Source: Stegostoma tigrinum (lineage: Eukaryota). From it: a stretch of 64,000 nucleotides of DNA. The first letter of the stretch is position 1; every line of letters begins with the position of its first letter. Positions 27,641 to 39,545 of the stretch are shown in pieces. The DNA lies in the NCBI RefSeq assembly GCF_030684315.1, contig NC_081367.1:52801351-52865350 (forward strand), written 5' to 3'. The position numbers were made by a program, and so were the translations under genes. The notes below the pieces were generated by a model. It saw only the letters and a program-made list of their open reading frames with translations. It was not told the origin of the DNA and did no database searches.

Positions 27641-28440
27641 AATACAATAGCAATTTATTGTCACTCGCATGCGTATGAAAATAGTGAGATGTGTACAGGC
27701 CGCCACAATTCGGTGCAATTTTAATTACAGAAATCATAAAAAGAAATAATTGAGAAAGGTAGGACAAAGTTTATCTTTTGTTCCCTCCATGGCTCTGAGG
27801 TTTCTGCAGTGGCTACCGGACACTGCCGCCAAAGCCGTCCCGAGGCTGCCAAAACAAGGTTTTCTGGATCGGACCCACACGCTGCTACTTCGGAAACTAA
27901 CACCGAAGCCAAGGAAGGACAGACCGGACCCACTAAGTCGCCGACGGTGATGCCCTTGCTCAACTGTCGCCACTTCAGTCGTCTCCCAAAGCCGCCATAA
28001 CCATAAAAAACAAACTGGAATCAGCATGCGGTCTCGGCCCGAAACGTCAGCTTTTGTGCTCCTGAGATGCTGCTTGGCCTGCTGTGTTCATCCAGCTCCA
28101 CACTTTGTTATCTTGGAATCAGCATGCTCCCACCGCTACAGCCACTACCACTGCACCGCCACCAGGAGGAATGGACCAGACTCACCGAAAGAGGAACCCT
28201 TCCATAGAACAACTATGGTCATGAAGAGCGGATAATCTGGATCAATCATACTGTCCCACCGCCGCTGCAGGCCCACGCTACTGCAGCCACAGGAAAGAAG
28301 ATGAACTTGAATACTAAACAGAAATAAAAAAAAAACAAAACAATACGAAATACCAAAGGAAAATGCAGTTGGCCAGGGGAGCGAGAGCAAATGGGTCTTC
28401 AGCCCTGAACAATTCCTACCCTGCCGCTGCCACCATCTTC
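27641..28440 (-). mobile_element. Non-autonomous retroelement with Rex1-like ends
   Basis: Minus 5' end AAGATGGTGGCAGCG; 3' end GTGACAATAAAT resembles the Rex1 tail near 60290; related copy at ~44506-44870. Confidence 0.5.
28030..28113 (+). mobile_element. Solo PLE pLTR fragment
   Basis: GGCCCGAAACGTCAGC...CACTTTGTTATC; TSD TGGAATCAGCATGC at 28016-28029 and 28114-28127. Confidence 0.88.
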
Positions 28441-28594
28441 GAACATTCTTAAGGGGGCTTGACAGGGTAAATGCAGAGAGGTTGGTTCCCCTTGTGGGAG
28501 AGACCAGGATCAAGGGGTTTAATCTGAGAGTAAGGGGTTGCCTATTGAAAACAGAAAGGAGGAAATTTTCTCTACAAGGATAGTCAATCTATGG

Positions 28595-28791
28595 AATAAA
28601 AACCAAAAGAACTGTGGATGCTGTCAATCAGGAACAAAAACAAAGTTGCTGGAAAAGCTCAGCAGGTCTGGCAGCATCTGTGGAGGAGAAAACAGAGTTA
28701 ACATTTCGGGTCGGTGACCCTTCCTCAGAAGTGATGCTGCCAGATCTGCTGAGCTTTTCCAGCAACTTTGTTGTTGTTATTGTAGTAGTAG
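28595..28791. mobile_element. Hairpin PLE mini-element (second family) inserted in a CR1
   Basis: Inverted arms AAAGTTGCTGGAAAAGCTCAGCAG / CTGCTGAGCTTTTCCAGCAACTTT; hammerhead-like CUGAGGAAGGGUCACCGACCCGAAA on minus; TSD TAGTCAATCTATGG at 28581-28594 and 28792-28805. Confidence 0.85.
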
Positions 28792-28970
28792 TAGTCAATC
28801 TATGGTATTGTTCACCACAGAGGGCTTGTGGTATATTCAAGACAGAGATAAATGGATTTTTAATCAATGTGGGAATCAAAGGTTAAGGGGATAAGGCAGG
28901 AAAATGGAATTGAAGATTATCCGATCAGCCACAATCTCATTCAAAAGCAGAACAGATTTGCTGGCTGGGT

Positions 28971-29436
28971 AGATAACACAGTGTGGAGTTGGAGGAACAC
29001 AGCAGGCCAGAGAGGATCAGAGGAGCAGGAAAGCTGACATTTCAGGTGGGAACCCTTCTTCAGAAATTGGGGAGGGGGAAGGGTGTGCCCTAAATAAATA
29101 AAGAAGTGGGGGGTTGGGCTGGGGAAGGTTGGTGGGATGGTGATAGGTGAGTGCAGGTAGGCAGTGGTGGGGATTGTTCAGTGAGATGAGAGGAGCAGAT
29201 AGGTGGGAGAGAAGATGGACAGTTTGTGTCAGGTCAAGGAGGCGAGATGAGAGAGAGGATTGGTCTTAGGATGAGGCCGGGGGTGGGGGGATTTTGAAAC
29301 TAGTAAAGTCCACATTGAGACAATTGAGTTGTTGGCTCCCAAGGTGGAATATGAGCTGATGCTCTCTGACCTGTTATGTTCCTCCAGCTCCACACAGTGT
29401 TATCTCTGTCGCCAGCATCGGCAGTTCTTACTATCC
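28971..29436 (-). mobile_element. Inverted PLE 3' fragment (pLTR, 3' UTR, end of ORF, then forward pLTR+tail)
   Basis: Homology to the 53-56 kb elements in both orientations; interrupts a CR1 3' end. Confidence 0.8.
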
Positions 29437-29796
29437 CTGAATAGTCTACTTTTGCTCTTGAATGTTAAGTTCTTTGTCTAATCACCATCTCACTCTTCCT
29501 GCCGCTGACTCAATCACTCCATCCCTCTCTAACTCACCCTTCCTTCCTTCTAATTTAATATTATCTCTCATTATCTTTACCCACAATCACTCAATCCTTC
29601 CCTCTGTGAATCATTATCCTTCCTTTGATCACTGCAAACAACTCAAGCATCTATCCTTCATTCCCTTTAAATAGATAAGTTTATCCCTCATTGCATCCAC
29701 ATCTGTCAATCATTGTATCTTCAACCTCTCTATCCCTATCTCACCACTTTACCCCAATGACTGAATCCCTATCTGCATCTGATTCAAACATTTTAT

Positions 29797-30910
29797 GTCC
29801 TCACGCATCACCCCATTAATCTCCAGATTCAATGCTTCATTCTCCACCACTTCTGCCACCTACAATCTGACCCCACTACCAAGGATACATTTCCCTACCC
29901 ACCCAGATCTGCCTTCCGGAGGGACCACTCTCTCCACAACTCCCTCACCCATTCCACACTTCCCACTAGCGCCACCATCCCTGGCACTTTTCCTTGCAAC
30001 TGCAGGTGCTACACCTGCCCCTACACCTCCCCCCTCACCTCCAAGCCAGACCCAAAGAAAACCTTCCACATCAAACAGATGTTCACCTGCACATCCGCTA
30101 ATGTGATATATTGTATCCGCTGTTCACAATCTGGCCTCCTCTACATCGGGGAAATTAAGCGGAGGCTTGGAGACCGCTTTGTGGAACACCTACGTGTGGT
30201 TCCCAGCCGCGAACCATTTCAATTACGCGCCCCCCCCCCCCACTCCTTGGATGACATATCCATCCTGGGCCTCCTGCAGTGCCACAATGATGCCACCCAA
30301 AGGCTGAAGGAACAGCACCTCATAGTCCGCTTGGGAACCCTGCAGCCCAATGGTATCAATGTGGATTTCACAGCTTCAAAATCTCCCCTCCCCCTACTGC
30401 ATCTCAAGGCCAGCCCAGCTCATCCCTGCCTCCTTGACCTGTCCATCTCTTCTACCGCCTATCCACTCCTCCTCCCTCATTTCCCACCTATTCGCCTCAT
30501 CCCCACCTTCTTGCCCTCCCTGCTGACTAACCCCCATCCCAACTCCCTACCTACACTCACCTTTACTGGCTTCATTCCCACCTTCCTTGACCTACCCATC
30601 TTCTCTCCATCTATCTACTCCTCTATCCGCCTTATATCATTGCCTCCCCCTCAATTTCTTTCAGACTCCCTTTCCCCTCTCCCATTTCTGTGGAAGGGTC
30701 CAGACCCGAAACGTCAGCATTCCTGCTCCTCTGACGCTGCTTGACCGGCTGTGTTCATCCAGCTCTACACCATGTTATCTCAGATTCCAGCATCGGCAGT
30801 TCCTACTAACTCTATGTCAACCCTCCCTCTCATCCCCGCCTCCTTGACCTGACACAACCTGTCCATCTTCTCTCCGACCTATCTGCTCCTCCCACCTCTC
30901 TGGCCACTAT
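29797..30910 (+). mobile_element. Degenerate PLE with GIY-YIG and pLTR
   Basis: ORF 30079: ANVIYCIRCSQSGLLYIGEIKRRLGDRFVEHL; hammerhead-like CTGTGGAAGGGTCCAGACCCGAAACGTC at ~30688-30715. Confidence 0.88.
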
Positions 30911-31110
30911 GACTCATGCACTCCACCCTTCCTTCCCTCCCTTTAGTTCAATCTCTTTATCCCTCACTTCCTGTTCCACAATTACACTTATCCTCCTTCC
31001 CTGACTCCAACATAATTACTGCAAAATTCTCTAACTCAATCACTCTACTCAATTGCCCTGATCTCTCTATACAACTCAACAACTTCTTCCGTCTTTCTCT
31101 GATTCAATCA

Positions 31111-31243
31111 GTGATAATGGGAACTGCAGACGCTGGAGAATCCAAGATAACAAAGTGTGGACCTGGATGAACACAGCAGGCCAAGCAGCATCTCAGGAGC
31201 ACAAAAGCTGACGTTTCGGGCCTAGAACCTTCATCAGAAAAAG
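31111..31243 (-). mobile_element. Solo PLE pLTR+tail mini-insertion with hammerhead motif
   Basis: Reverse complement of the PLE terminus including CUGAUGA...GAAACGUC (31237-31210); 17-bp TSD TTTCTCTGATTCAATCA at 31094-31110 and 31244-31260. Confidence 0.9.
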
Positions 31244-31469
31244 TTTCTCTGATTCAATCACTGTTCCTTCCTCTCTCTAATTCAACCACTCACTCTCTCG
31301 TTAATTCAGTACCTAATCCACTCTCAAATCATTTGCTGGAAAAATCCCCACCCTTCTTACCTTTTTTAACTCGATCATTTCACTCCTTGCCCCCTCCCTT
31401 GTCTAACGCAAATACTCACTCGCTGTTTCCCTCTGTACCTCACCCGTTCCTTCCCAACCCATGAGCTAT

Positions 31470-32610
31470 GCTCACTTAACACGCGCACCTTGCAACAAAT
31501 TAGGAAAGGCTTATTTTTGTTCCCATTTTAATCTTAAGCAGTCCTTTTAACATAACATCGCTAGTTAAGGACGCATACCTCAGACGTTTTCCGCTTTCTG
31601 TTACAACTTTTTATTGAAAGAAGGAATTTGGAAAGGGTTTCATGCCCAATGCCCTCTATTGTAAAACAACGCATCATTTGTGACATTTGCAATGTGCCAG
31701 TCAAAAACGAAAGTTTAATGTTTACACTGCAGGTGTATAACGACAACAGATGCATGGATATTGCATAATCTTTGGAAAGGCTGCATAAAATATAAAGGCA
31801 AATATTTCGAGATATATTTCTTTTTTAACCACAGTCAACTGCTCAATAAATCGTAAAAACAAGGAGTTGCTGCACTGAAATTATTAAATTGCACACTATG
31901 GTGCGGAAAGTTTTCTCGGTGAATACCATCTTCTGATCTGTGGCTTTGTCTTTTTTTAAAGTTAACCTGTTAGAGAACTGCAATTAATTTGAACATTTAA
32001 AGTGTGTCTGTTGCCGGCGGGTTTGCACTGCTACGCCAGGTATATTAAGCACCTGGATACGTAGCCACCTGGGGATGGTGGGATCTGTCTCACTGGATTG
32101 AAACCAGACGCCTTTTTTTCCCATTGCAGTCTGGACAGGATTGAAAATCAATCCCCCGACAGCTGGAAATGACGGAACAAGGCGAGACAGCAAGGTTTCC
32201 AACAACCAGATGGCGGCGATTGAAGCTGCTACTTTTAAGTGTGTCTTGATCCAAGAGCGACGCGTTTGATGGGTTGTAGCCTTCATGTTTTTGAGTACTA
32301 ACAAGATTGTCTGTAAAATCCAAGTCCTGTAAAATACTTTCGAATTTGAGGCCAGTATCGCGATATTTCAGAGGGAAAATTCAACACTTTTCCATTAGCT
32401 CCAGCCTGAATTAAAATTTCCGGTCGACCAAAGTCCCGCATGATTGAAGTTGAATTATATTTGTGAGAGGTTGGAGGGCAACTTAGCCTTCGGAGGCGCG
32501 GAGCAGTTGCAAAACTTTCATTTCCGATGTACAGTACAGAAATAACAAGAATAACATGATTGCACATTTAAAAATTGCAAGGAAGTTATCCATTAAAAGA
32601 GGGTGAGTTG
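31470..32610. promoter_or_regulatory. Second CpG-enriched non-repetitive region with a CTCF-like motif
   Basis: Local excess of CpG relative to flanks; CAACCAGATGGCGGC at 32203-32217 resembles the CTCF core and also YY1. Confidence 0.4.
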
Positions 32611-32720
32611 GAGTTTTTTTTAAATGTAACTGGATACAGCTTTAATATATTCTATTCTGATGAATGACCATCATCCTGAAGCATTCATTCTGAATCTCTT
32701 CACACATGTTACTAGACCTC

Positions 32721-33011
32721 AGAGATTGAGGCTATTTGACCAAACAAGTCCGCATTTGCCCTCTGAAGAGCATCCCACCCTATCCTTGTAACCCCATATT
32801 TACCATGGCTAATCCACTTAGCCTCCACATTCATTGACACTACAGGGCAATTTAGCATGGTCATTCCACATAACCTGCACATCTTTGGAAATCAGAGCAA
32901 CTGGATGACGCAGGGAAAATGTGCAAACTCCACACAGACAGTCAGCTAAAGCTTGAATATAAGTCAGGTCCTTGGGGCTGTGAGGCAGCAGTGTTAATCA
33001 CTGTGCCACCC
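32721..33011 (-). mobile_element. HE1-like V-SINE splitting an old PLE terminus
   Basis: Reverse complement of the same head and V-domain (GTGCAAACTCCACACAGAC). Confidence 0.8.
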
Positions 33012-34754
33012 TTGCTGAGTATTTCCAGAATTTTCTGCTTTTATTTTAGATTCCTTGCATCCACAGTGCTTTGCATCTGTAGATAGGTTGTGCTTAAATA
33101 AACATTGTGGACCTTGGTTATAAACTGTAGTTCACTCTTTTAAATGTCCTGCTTCATTTGGGGAAACAGACATTTTGTGATCTCGCTGCTGAATTCCTAG
33201 ATGAAATTCTTCATGTTCTTTTTCCAGAAAATAAAACAACAGTTGGTTTAGGTGAAACAAACATCTGCGTTCTGATCAAAATACCAACAAAAAACTTGGC
33301 AGATGAAATATAATGTGGGAAAACATATGCATGTGGCTGAAAGAATGGAGGAGTTGAATATTATTTAAATGGAGAAAGATTGTAGAAAACTACAGAACAG
33401 AGGGATTTGGGATCCCTCATAGATGAATCACAAAAAGTCTGTTTTCATGAGAATTTAGAAGAATAAGAAGTGATCTTTATAAAAGATACATTCTTATAAG
33501 ACCTGACGAAGTAGATTTGCAAAGGTTGTTTTCCCTTGTCAGAGAATCTAGGATTGAAAGGCATAATCTCAGAATAAGCATATTTAAGAGTTGGGGAAGA
33601 ATTTCTTCTCACAGAGGGTAGTGAATCTGTGGAATTCTTCACCACAGAGGGCTGTTGAGGCTGTGTTGTTAAGTACATTCAAGGAAAGTGAAGTTGATGG
33701 TTATCAGATCAGCCATGTTCTCATTGAACGGTGGAGCAAATGTAACAGCTAAATGGCTTTTGCTCCTGTGTCATTTGGTGTTATGGTCAAAGCATTGATA
33801 GAATCAAAGACCACTGTGTTCATTCTTGTCAATAAATTAGTGGATCTCATCAGAAGTGGCAAAGCTTAATTTGGGCCTAAAACTCGCCATGAAAGACTAA
33901 CACCAATCTAGTCAATGGAAGCCAAAATTACTGATGACACAGAGACAAAAGTCTTTTAAGCCAATCGTTAACATTGTTGATTAGAAAAATAAAAGAAAAT
34001 GCTGCAAATGTTGGAGATCTGAACTAAAAACAAAATTTGTGATAATTCTTAGAGTGGTAAGCATGGATGAGTTGGACTAAAGGGTCTGTTTCTACGCTGT
34101 ACACTCTACGACTCTCTGACTCTATCCTTAAAATCCGTATACAACATTGTGAGAGAATCTATATTTTTAAGTTTAATTGATATGTTTTTAAAGGAGATCC
34201 TGCAGATGCAGAAAAGGCAAACACGGAAATGCAGATTTCTAGTCTCTAAGGAAATCAAACGTAAGCTCAGTTGGGAAACATAACTAAACCTTCATAAAGA
34301 TATAAATGGACGCTGATCAATCCAAGCTATACGGGAGCAAATGTTGAGTTCACTGAAGCAGAACAGACAAGCTGGAGTAAGAGAGGCAAGATCCAAAAGC
34401 TAAGCTTAAACAAAGACCACAAGTTGTTACACTTGTTTTTGTTCCTTGAAGATAATAATGGACAAGACTAGGCTGAGCAGGCTCTGCAGATGTGAGCTGT
34501 TTGTAGCGAAGACTGTGCTCATGGAACCCAGGTTGGTTGTGTGCTGGTTTTGTCTGGGGATCAGAATAGCTCGTTAAAGGTAAAGAGCTGAAATTTCTCA
34601 CGAGGAAGACAGTATTGGTATAACATAGAGGAGAACCATTTGGTCCAGTGTACTTACATGGACTCTCTGAGCATTTTTATTTAGTGCCATTCTCCTGTCT
34701 TTTCCTAATAGCCTTACACATTGTTCCAAGGTAAATTATTATCCATTGCCCTCC

Positions 34755-37700
34755 TGGGACCTCTGCTGTTCATGATCCATGTAAATGATTCACAGGAAAA
34801 CATAGCTGGTCTAATTAGTAAGTTTGCAGATGATACAAAGATTGGTAGAGTTGTGGATAGCGAGGAGGATTGTCAGAGAACACAATTGGAGGCATGGGCA
34901 GAAAAATGGCAGATGTAATTTAATCCAGACGAATGTGAGGTGATGCATTTTGGAAGGCCAAGTACAGATGAAAGTTACACAGGGGCTCTGCTATACCACA
35001 TTAGATATGTTCCTGTGAAATGACGCATTTCTGTAAAATGATTTATAAAATCGCACTATAGAAATAACGGGGCCTATGGGAAAAGGAGGTTTATGGCCAG
35101 ACCAACAAAAAAAATCTGCATGACTCAAAAACCACTCAAAAGCATAACATAAAGGACAGCACAGTTTGAACATATGTTTAATTCACAAGTATTAATGAAA
35201 TTACAGTAAATTTATCACCTTACCTTGAAAATACTTCAAGATGTCCTGATGGGAGAGGAGGTTCTGAGGTAGCTCTATTGTTAATGCAGGGGCTGTGGAT
35301 TGAAATCGTCGCCATCATCGCCTTCAGGTACAGTTGTGGTTGTGGGGTTAGAGCAAAAAATAGTTAATCCAGAAGTGGATGGCTGTGGTTCATTGTCTTC
35401 TGACTGTTTCTGGGGATTGGCTTAAAAAAGACATTCAGTTTATGCTGCTTTTCCTTTTTTCTTTATTCATGAAGAAACAATTCATAGTATGCCAAAGAAG
35501 ATCTTACTTCATGGACTTCTACACTGCTGCATTCTGCATTGTAATCGTTGTCCTCTGATCGTTGCAACTGCTTCTCAATTTCCCCCAGGATAGAAGACAA
35601 AACAGAAGTGGAAACCTGTTGTGGTGCTGCATCCTGGACTTCATCCTCTTCATCTCCAGCTTCCACTTCCTCCTCAGTGACAAGTTGTTGTAGATCAGCT
35701 GTGGAGTGGTCTTCACAGTGGGACTTAAGCAGTTCTTCAACATCTTCAATCTCCACTTCTTCAATTCTGTCTTGCATTGCAAGATCAACACAATGTTCTT
35801 TGACTCTTGGGAGTCCCTCTGATATCACCCCAGGCCTCCACAATCATGTCAATTGCATTCTTGATGTTAAATCTCTTCCAAAATTGAAGAACACTGTCCT
35901 TATCCCGCTCAGTGGCTGCAATCAGCCTCTTAAAAGTATGCCTTAAATAATAAGCGTTAAAAGCTACTATTGCACCCTGGTCCAAGGGTTGAGGGAGACA
36001 GATTCTGTTTGGGGTAGAAATAGCACTTCGATGTTTTCAGAAAACTCTCCAATGGCCTGAGGGTGGCTTGGTGCATTATCCAGGATGAGGACAATCTTGA
36101 AATCCACATTTTTTATCCTGCAATGCTTTCGACAAACATCATCAAAAACATCAACAATAAGGTCAGAAAAAATTGCCTAGTCATCCAACCTCTTTTACTT
36201 GACCTGAAGTAGATGCCTACAGTAGACTTAAGGTAACGTTTCAAGGCTTGCGGGTTGGCACAGTGGTACACCACCATAGGCTTAAACTTTAAGTCTCCAT
36301 TGGCACTGACACCCAGCAGCACAGTCATACGATCCTTTGCCACCTTAAAGCCTGGAGCGTGTGCTTCATTCATAGAAATGTAGGTTCTTGTTGGCTTTCG
36401 CTTCCGGTATAAACCAGTCTTGCCCACATTGAAGATTTGATCTAAGTTGTAGCCTTCTTTGTCAATTAATTTTTTTTTACTATGGGAGGAAATGCCATCG
36501 TTTGCTCCTCGTCTGCACTGGCAGCTTCACTATGTAACTTTACGTTATGAAAAGCATAGCGGTTCTTAAAACCAGCAAACCAGTCACTGCTAGCACTAAA
36601 GGCAGGCACATCTGTAGAATTTTGAGCTTTTTTTTGTTAGATCTTCATAAATTGATAAGGCTTTTTCTTTTCTGGTGAGAACGGTTTGCTTTTTTGTTTG
36701 ATCTTCTATCCACACACTTAGAAACCATTCCATCTCCTCAAGGTCTTTAGTCTGTGACATCACAAATTTGATAGCACTCAGGCTTGTTCCAGCAATACAA
36801 CTTGCTTTAGTCTTTTCTGCATTGACTGTGATGGTGCATAAGGTACACTCTTTTATTCCTGTTGCATGAGCAATATCACATGTTCTCTCATTACGCTCAA
36901 AATACTTTACAACAACTAGTTTTCCTTCCAGTGTTATAGCCTTTCTTTTACATACATCACCTGCAATTTTATCACTAGGATGCTGTTTATTACCATTCTT
37001 AACACTTTGTCCTTGCATTTTGTGGGTAACACGGCAGAATTGAACAGTACCTCACACAGGAAGTACAAGGATCCCTGATGCCAGTGTGGGGACTCTTTCA
37101 GTGCATGCTCAGGACAAATCCTGTGAACCAATCATGTGATGTCGATGTTGGAATCACGTAATAGCCAACACAAAGTTTGTGTTTCACAAATAGTGTTCCC
37201 CTAATCATCAATCACATTATAGCCAATTTGCATTGCCAGAATGTGCATTATAAGAGAACACCTTGTACAGTGGATGGCAGAACCCTTAGGAATATTGATG
37301 TGCAGAGGGATCTGGGTGTGTAGGTTTATAAATCACTAAAGGTGGTAGTGCAGGTGGATAAGGTTGTGAAAAAAGGCTCATGGCATGCTTGCTTTCATTG
37401 GAAGGGGCATTGAGTATAACGATAGACATGTTATGCTGCACCTTCTTGAAATTTAGTTAGGCCACACTTGGAATATTGTGTACAGTTCTAGTTAACACAT
37501 TACTGTAAAGATGTGGATGCTTTGGAGAGGGCACAATAAAGGTTTATCAGGATGTTCCCTGGTATGGGGGATTTAAGCTATGATGAAAGGCTGGTAGAAC
37601 TGGGTTTGTCATCACTGAAATGCAAGAGGTTGAGGGGTGACTTAATAGAAGTTTGCAATGTGAATGGTATGGATAGAATAGAACATATGAGGCTTTTTTC

Positions 37701-37995
37701 TCCAGGTTGGAGGGATCAATTACTAAGGGACACAGGTTCAATGTGTGAGGGTGAAAATTTGAAAGAGATGTGCAAGGCAAGTTTTTCACAGAAAGGGTGG
37801 TGAGTGCTTGGAATGTGGTGCCAGAGGAGGCGGTGGAAGCAGACACAGTAGTAGCATTTAAGAAGCACCTGGACAAATACATGAATAGGAAGGGAACAGA
37901 GGAATTTGGACCCTGTAAGTTGAGACAGTTTTAGCGTGGAAAGGCGAAATGCGTCAGCGCTGGCTTGGTGTGCTGAAGGGCCTGTTCCTGTGCTG
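34755..37995 (+). mobile_element. CR1 3' portion interrupted by the Tigger
   Basis: LGPLLFMIHVND...ISKFADDTKIG RT motif; LSYDERLVELGLSSL; CR1 tail. Confidence 0.88.
34980..37265 (-). mobile_element. Tigger/pogo DNA transposon, full length but decayed, inserted in a CR1
   Basis: HTH (KRKAITLEGKL), GFKVAKDRMTVLL, GWMT, IVLILDNAPSHP, QPLDQG across frameshifted ORFs; imperfect TIRs CAGGGGCTCTGCTATA / TATAAGAGAACACCTTG followed by TA; CR1 resumes on both sides. Confidence 0.9.
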
Positions 37996-38049
37996 TATTG
38001 CTCTTTGTTCTCTTTGTTTGCCCTCTTGAATGTCTCAATTGAACATGTC

Positions 38050-38550
38050 TTCAAGGCAATGCCTTGCATACACTAACTACTCGTTGTGTGCAAATTTTTT
38101 TTTCATTTGTCTCTTTCGCAAAGCATTTTAAAATATGCTTTCTGGTTCTAAATCAATTTACAAGTGGGCTACAGTTTATTCCCACCTACTCTTTCCAGAG
38201 CTCTCATTATTTTTAAAATTTCTATCAAAATATCGTTTTTACTTTCGCACTTACAGGGGAAACGGTCCCAGCTTCTCAATCTTTTCTTATAACTGATGTG
38301 TCTTACTCCTGAACCCATTCTCTTAAACCTCTTTGGCACTCTTTCCAATGTGTTCATATCCTTCCCATAGTTTGGCATCCAGAACTGTACACAGTACTGC
38401 AGCTAGGTTAACCACAGTCTTATCCTTGACATTTACCACGACCTTTCTGTTGTTGTAATCTCTGCCCCTATATCTGAAGCCCATAATACTGCGTACTTCT
38501 TTAACTGTGCTTTCAACCTGTCCTGTCACCCTTAATGATTTATGTTATGA
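38050..38550 (-). mobile_element. CR1 fragment
   Basis: KDMNTLERVPKRFKRM remnant. Confidence 0.7.
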
Positions 38551-39369
38551 AGGATATTTTGTCACACTGTGATCACTAAAACCTGAATAGTCAGCTAAAC
38601 CAATGATCAGGTTTGTCTGAGTTGCATCAGCCATTTAACATGCAATATATAGTATTCAACCACAAGTTGCCAGTTAGTTCATGTTTTACCTTTTCTAGTT
38701 ATGGATATTAGATTGTAGGATAGTTCGCATTTAGTGATTGCTTTGTTGGCTGTAATACGACAAAAATTATTCTACCTTACACTCGGGAATCTTGTAGCTT
38801 CATTCTCTTCGTAAGTAACTGGGATTTCAATTTTTTTCGAATTTAAAAATGTTACTGATCACTATTGCGATTGTTACAACTGTTTTAAATGTAACTGGTT
38901 ATTTGAAATATAATTGCATTCTATATTATATATGCTACTACATTTTGTACAAATTCCAAAACGCAGAAAAGATACTATAAAATAATTGCAAAATTTTGAA
39001 GTTTTGTTTCCATTGTTTATTCGACCACTGCATTTCATGTATTAATTTGCATAAATGTATGAGATGTAGAAACAAATAATAATAGGAAAAAAACTATGTT
39101 CTACAGTGATGACTTTAATATACTGTGCTCCAAAAGTTTAAAAGTTTAGCAATGAGACAAAAATTGGACATAAAATTAAATTCATCAGGTTTCTATTTTA
39201 TGTTGAGTGTTAGTTATGTCTCATCATGTTCCGACTCTGATAGGAGTAATGTGCTGATAATCAAGACTCACTAATCCAAAAGGTGTAACATTGGTGTAAA
39301 TGTTTTGATTCAATCACCAAAATGGTCAAATTGTTTCCCTTTATTGATTTTACAATGCAGAATAATGCC

Positions 39370-39545
39370 AACAGACAGGGTTCAATATCCACACCAATTA
39401 GAGTTGCCATGAAGGACTCTCCTTCTCAACCTCTTCCCTTGCCTGAGGTGTGATGGCCCTTAGGTTAAACCACTATCAATTATCCCTCCTTCCAATCAGT
39501 GACCAGCCCAATTGTCTGGTAAGACTATGGTAACTTTACCTACTG
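39370..39545 (+). mobile_element. tRNA-derived SINE remnant
   Basis: B-box-like GGGTTCAATATCC head followed by a SINE-like body. Confidence 0.45.

Larger units (their letters stand above)
26790..29475 (+). mobile_element. CR1 LINE fragmented by several nested insertions
   Basis: RT and 3' CR1 pieces at ~26790-27320, 27525-27640, 28440-28594, 28792-28970 and 29437-29475. Confidence 0.75.

Noticed and set aside
31984-32567. ORFs of 77-106 aa as a separate gene
   Set aside because: No recognisable domain or consistent exon structure.
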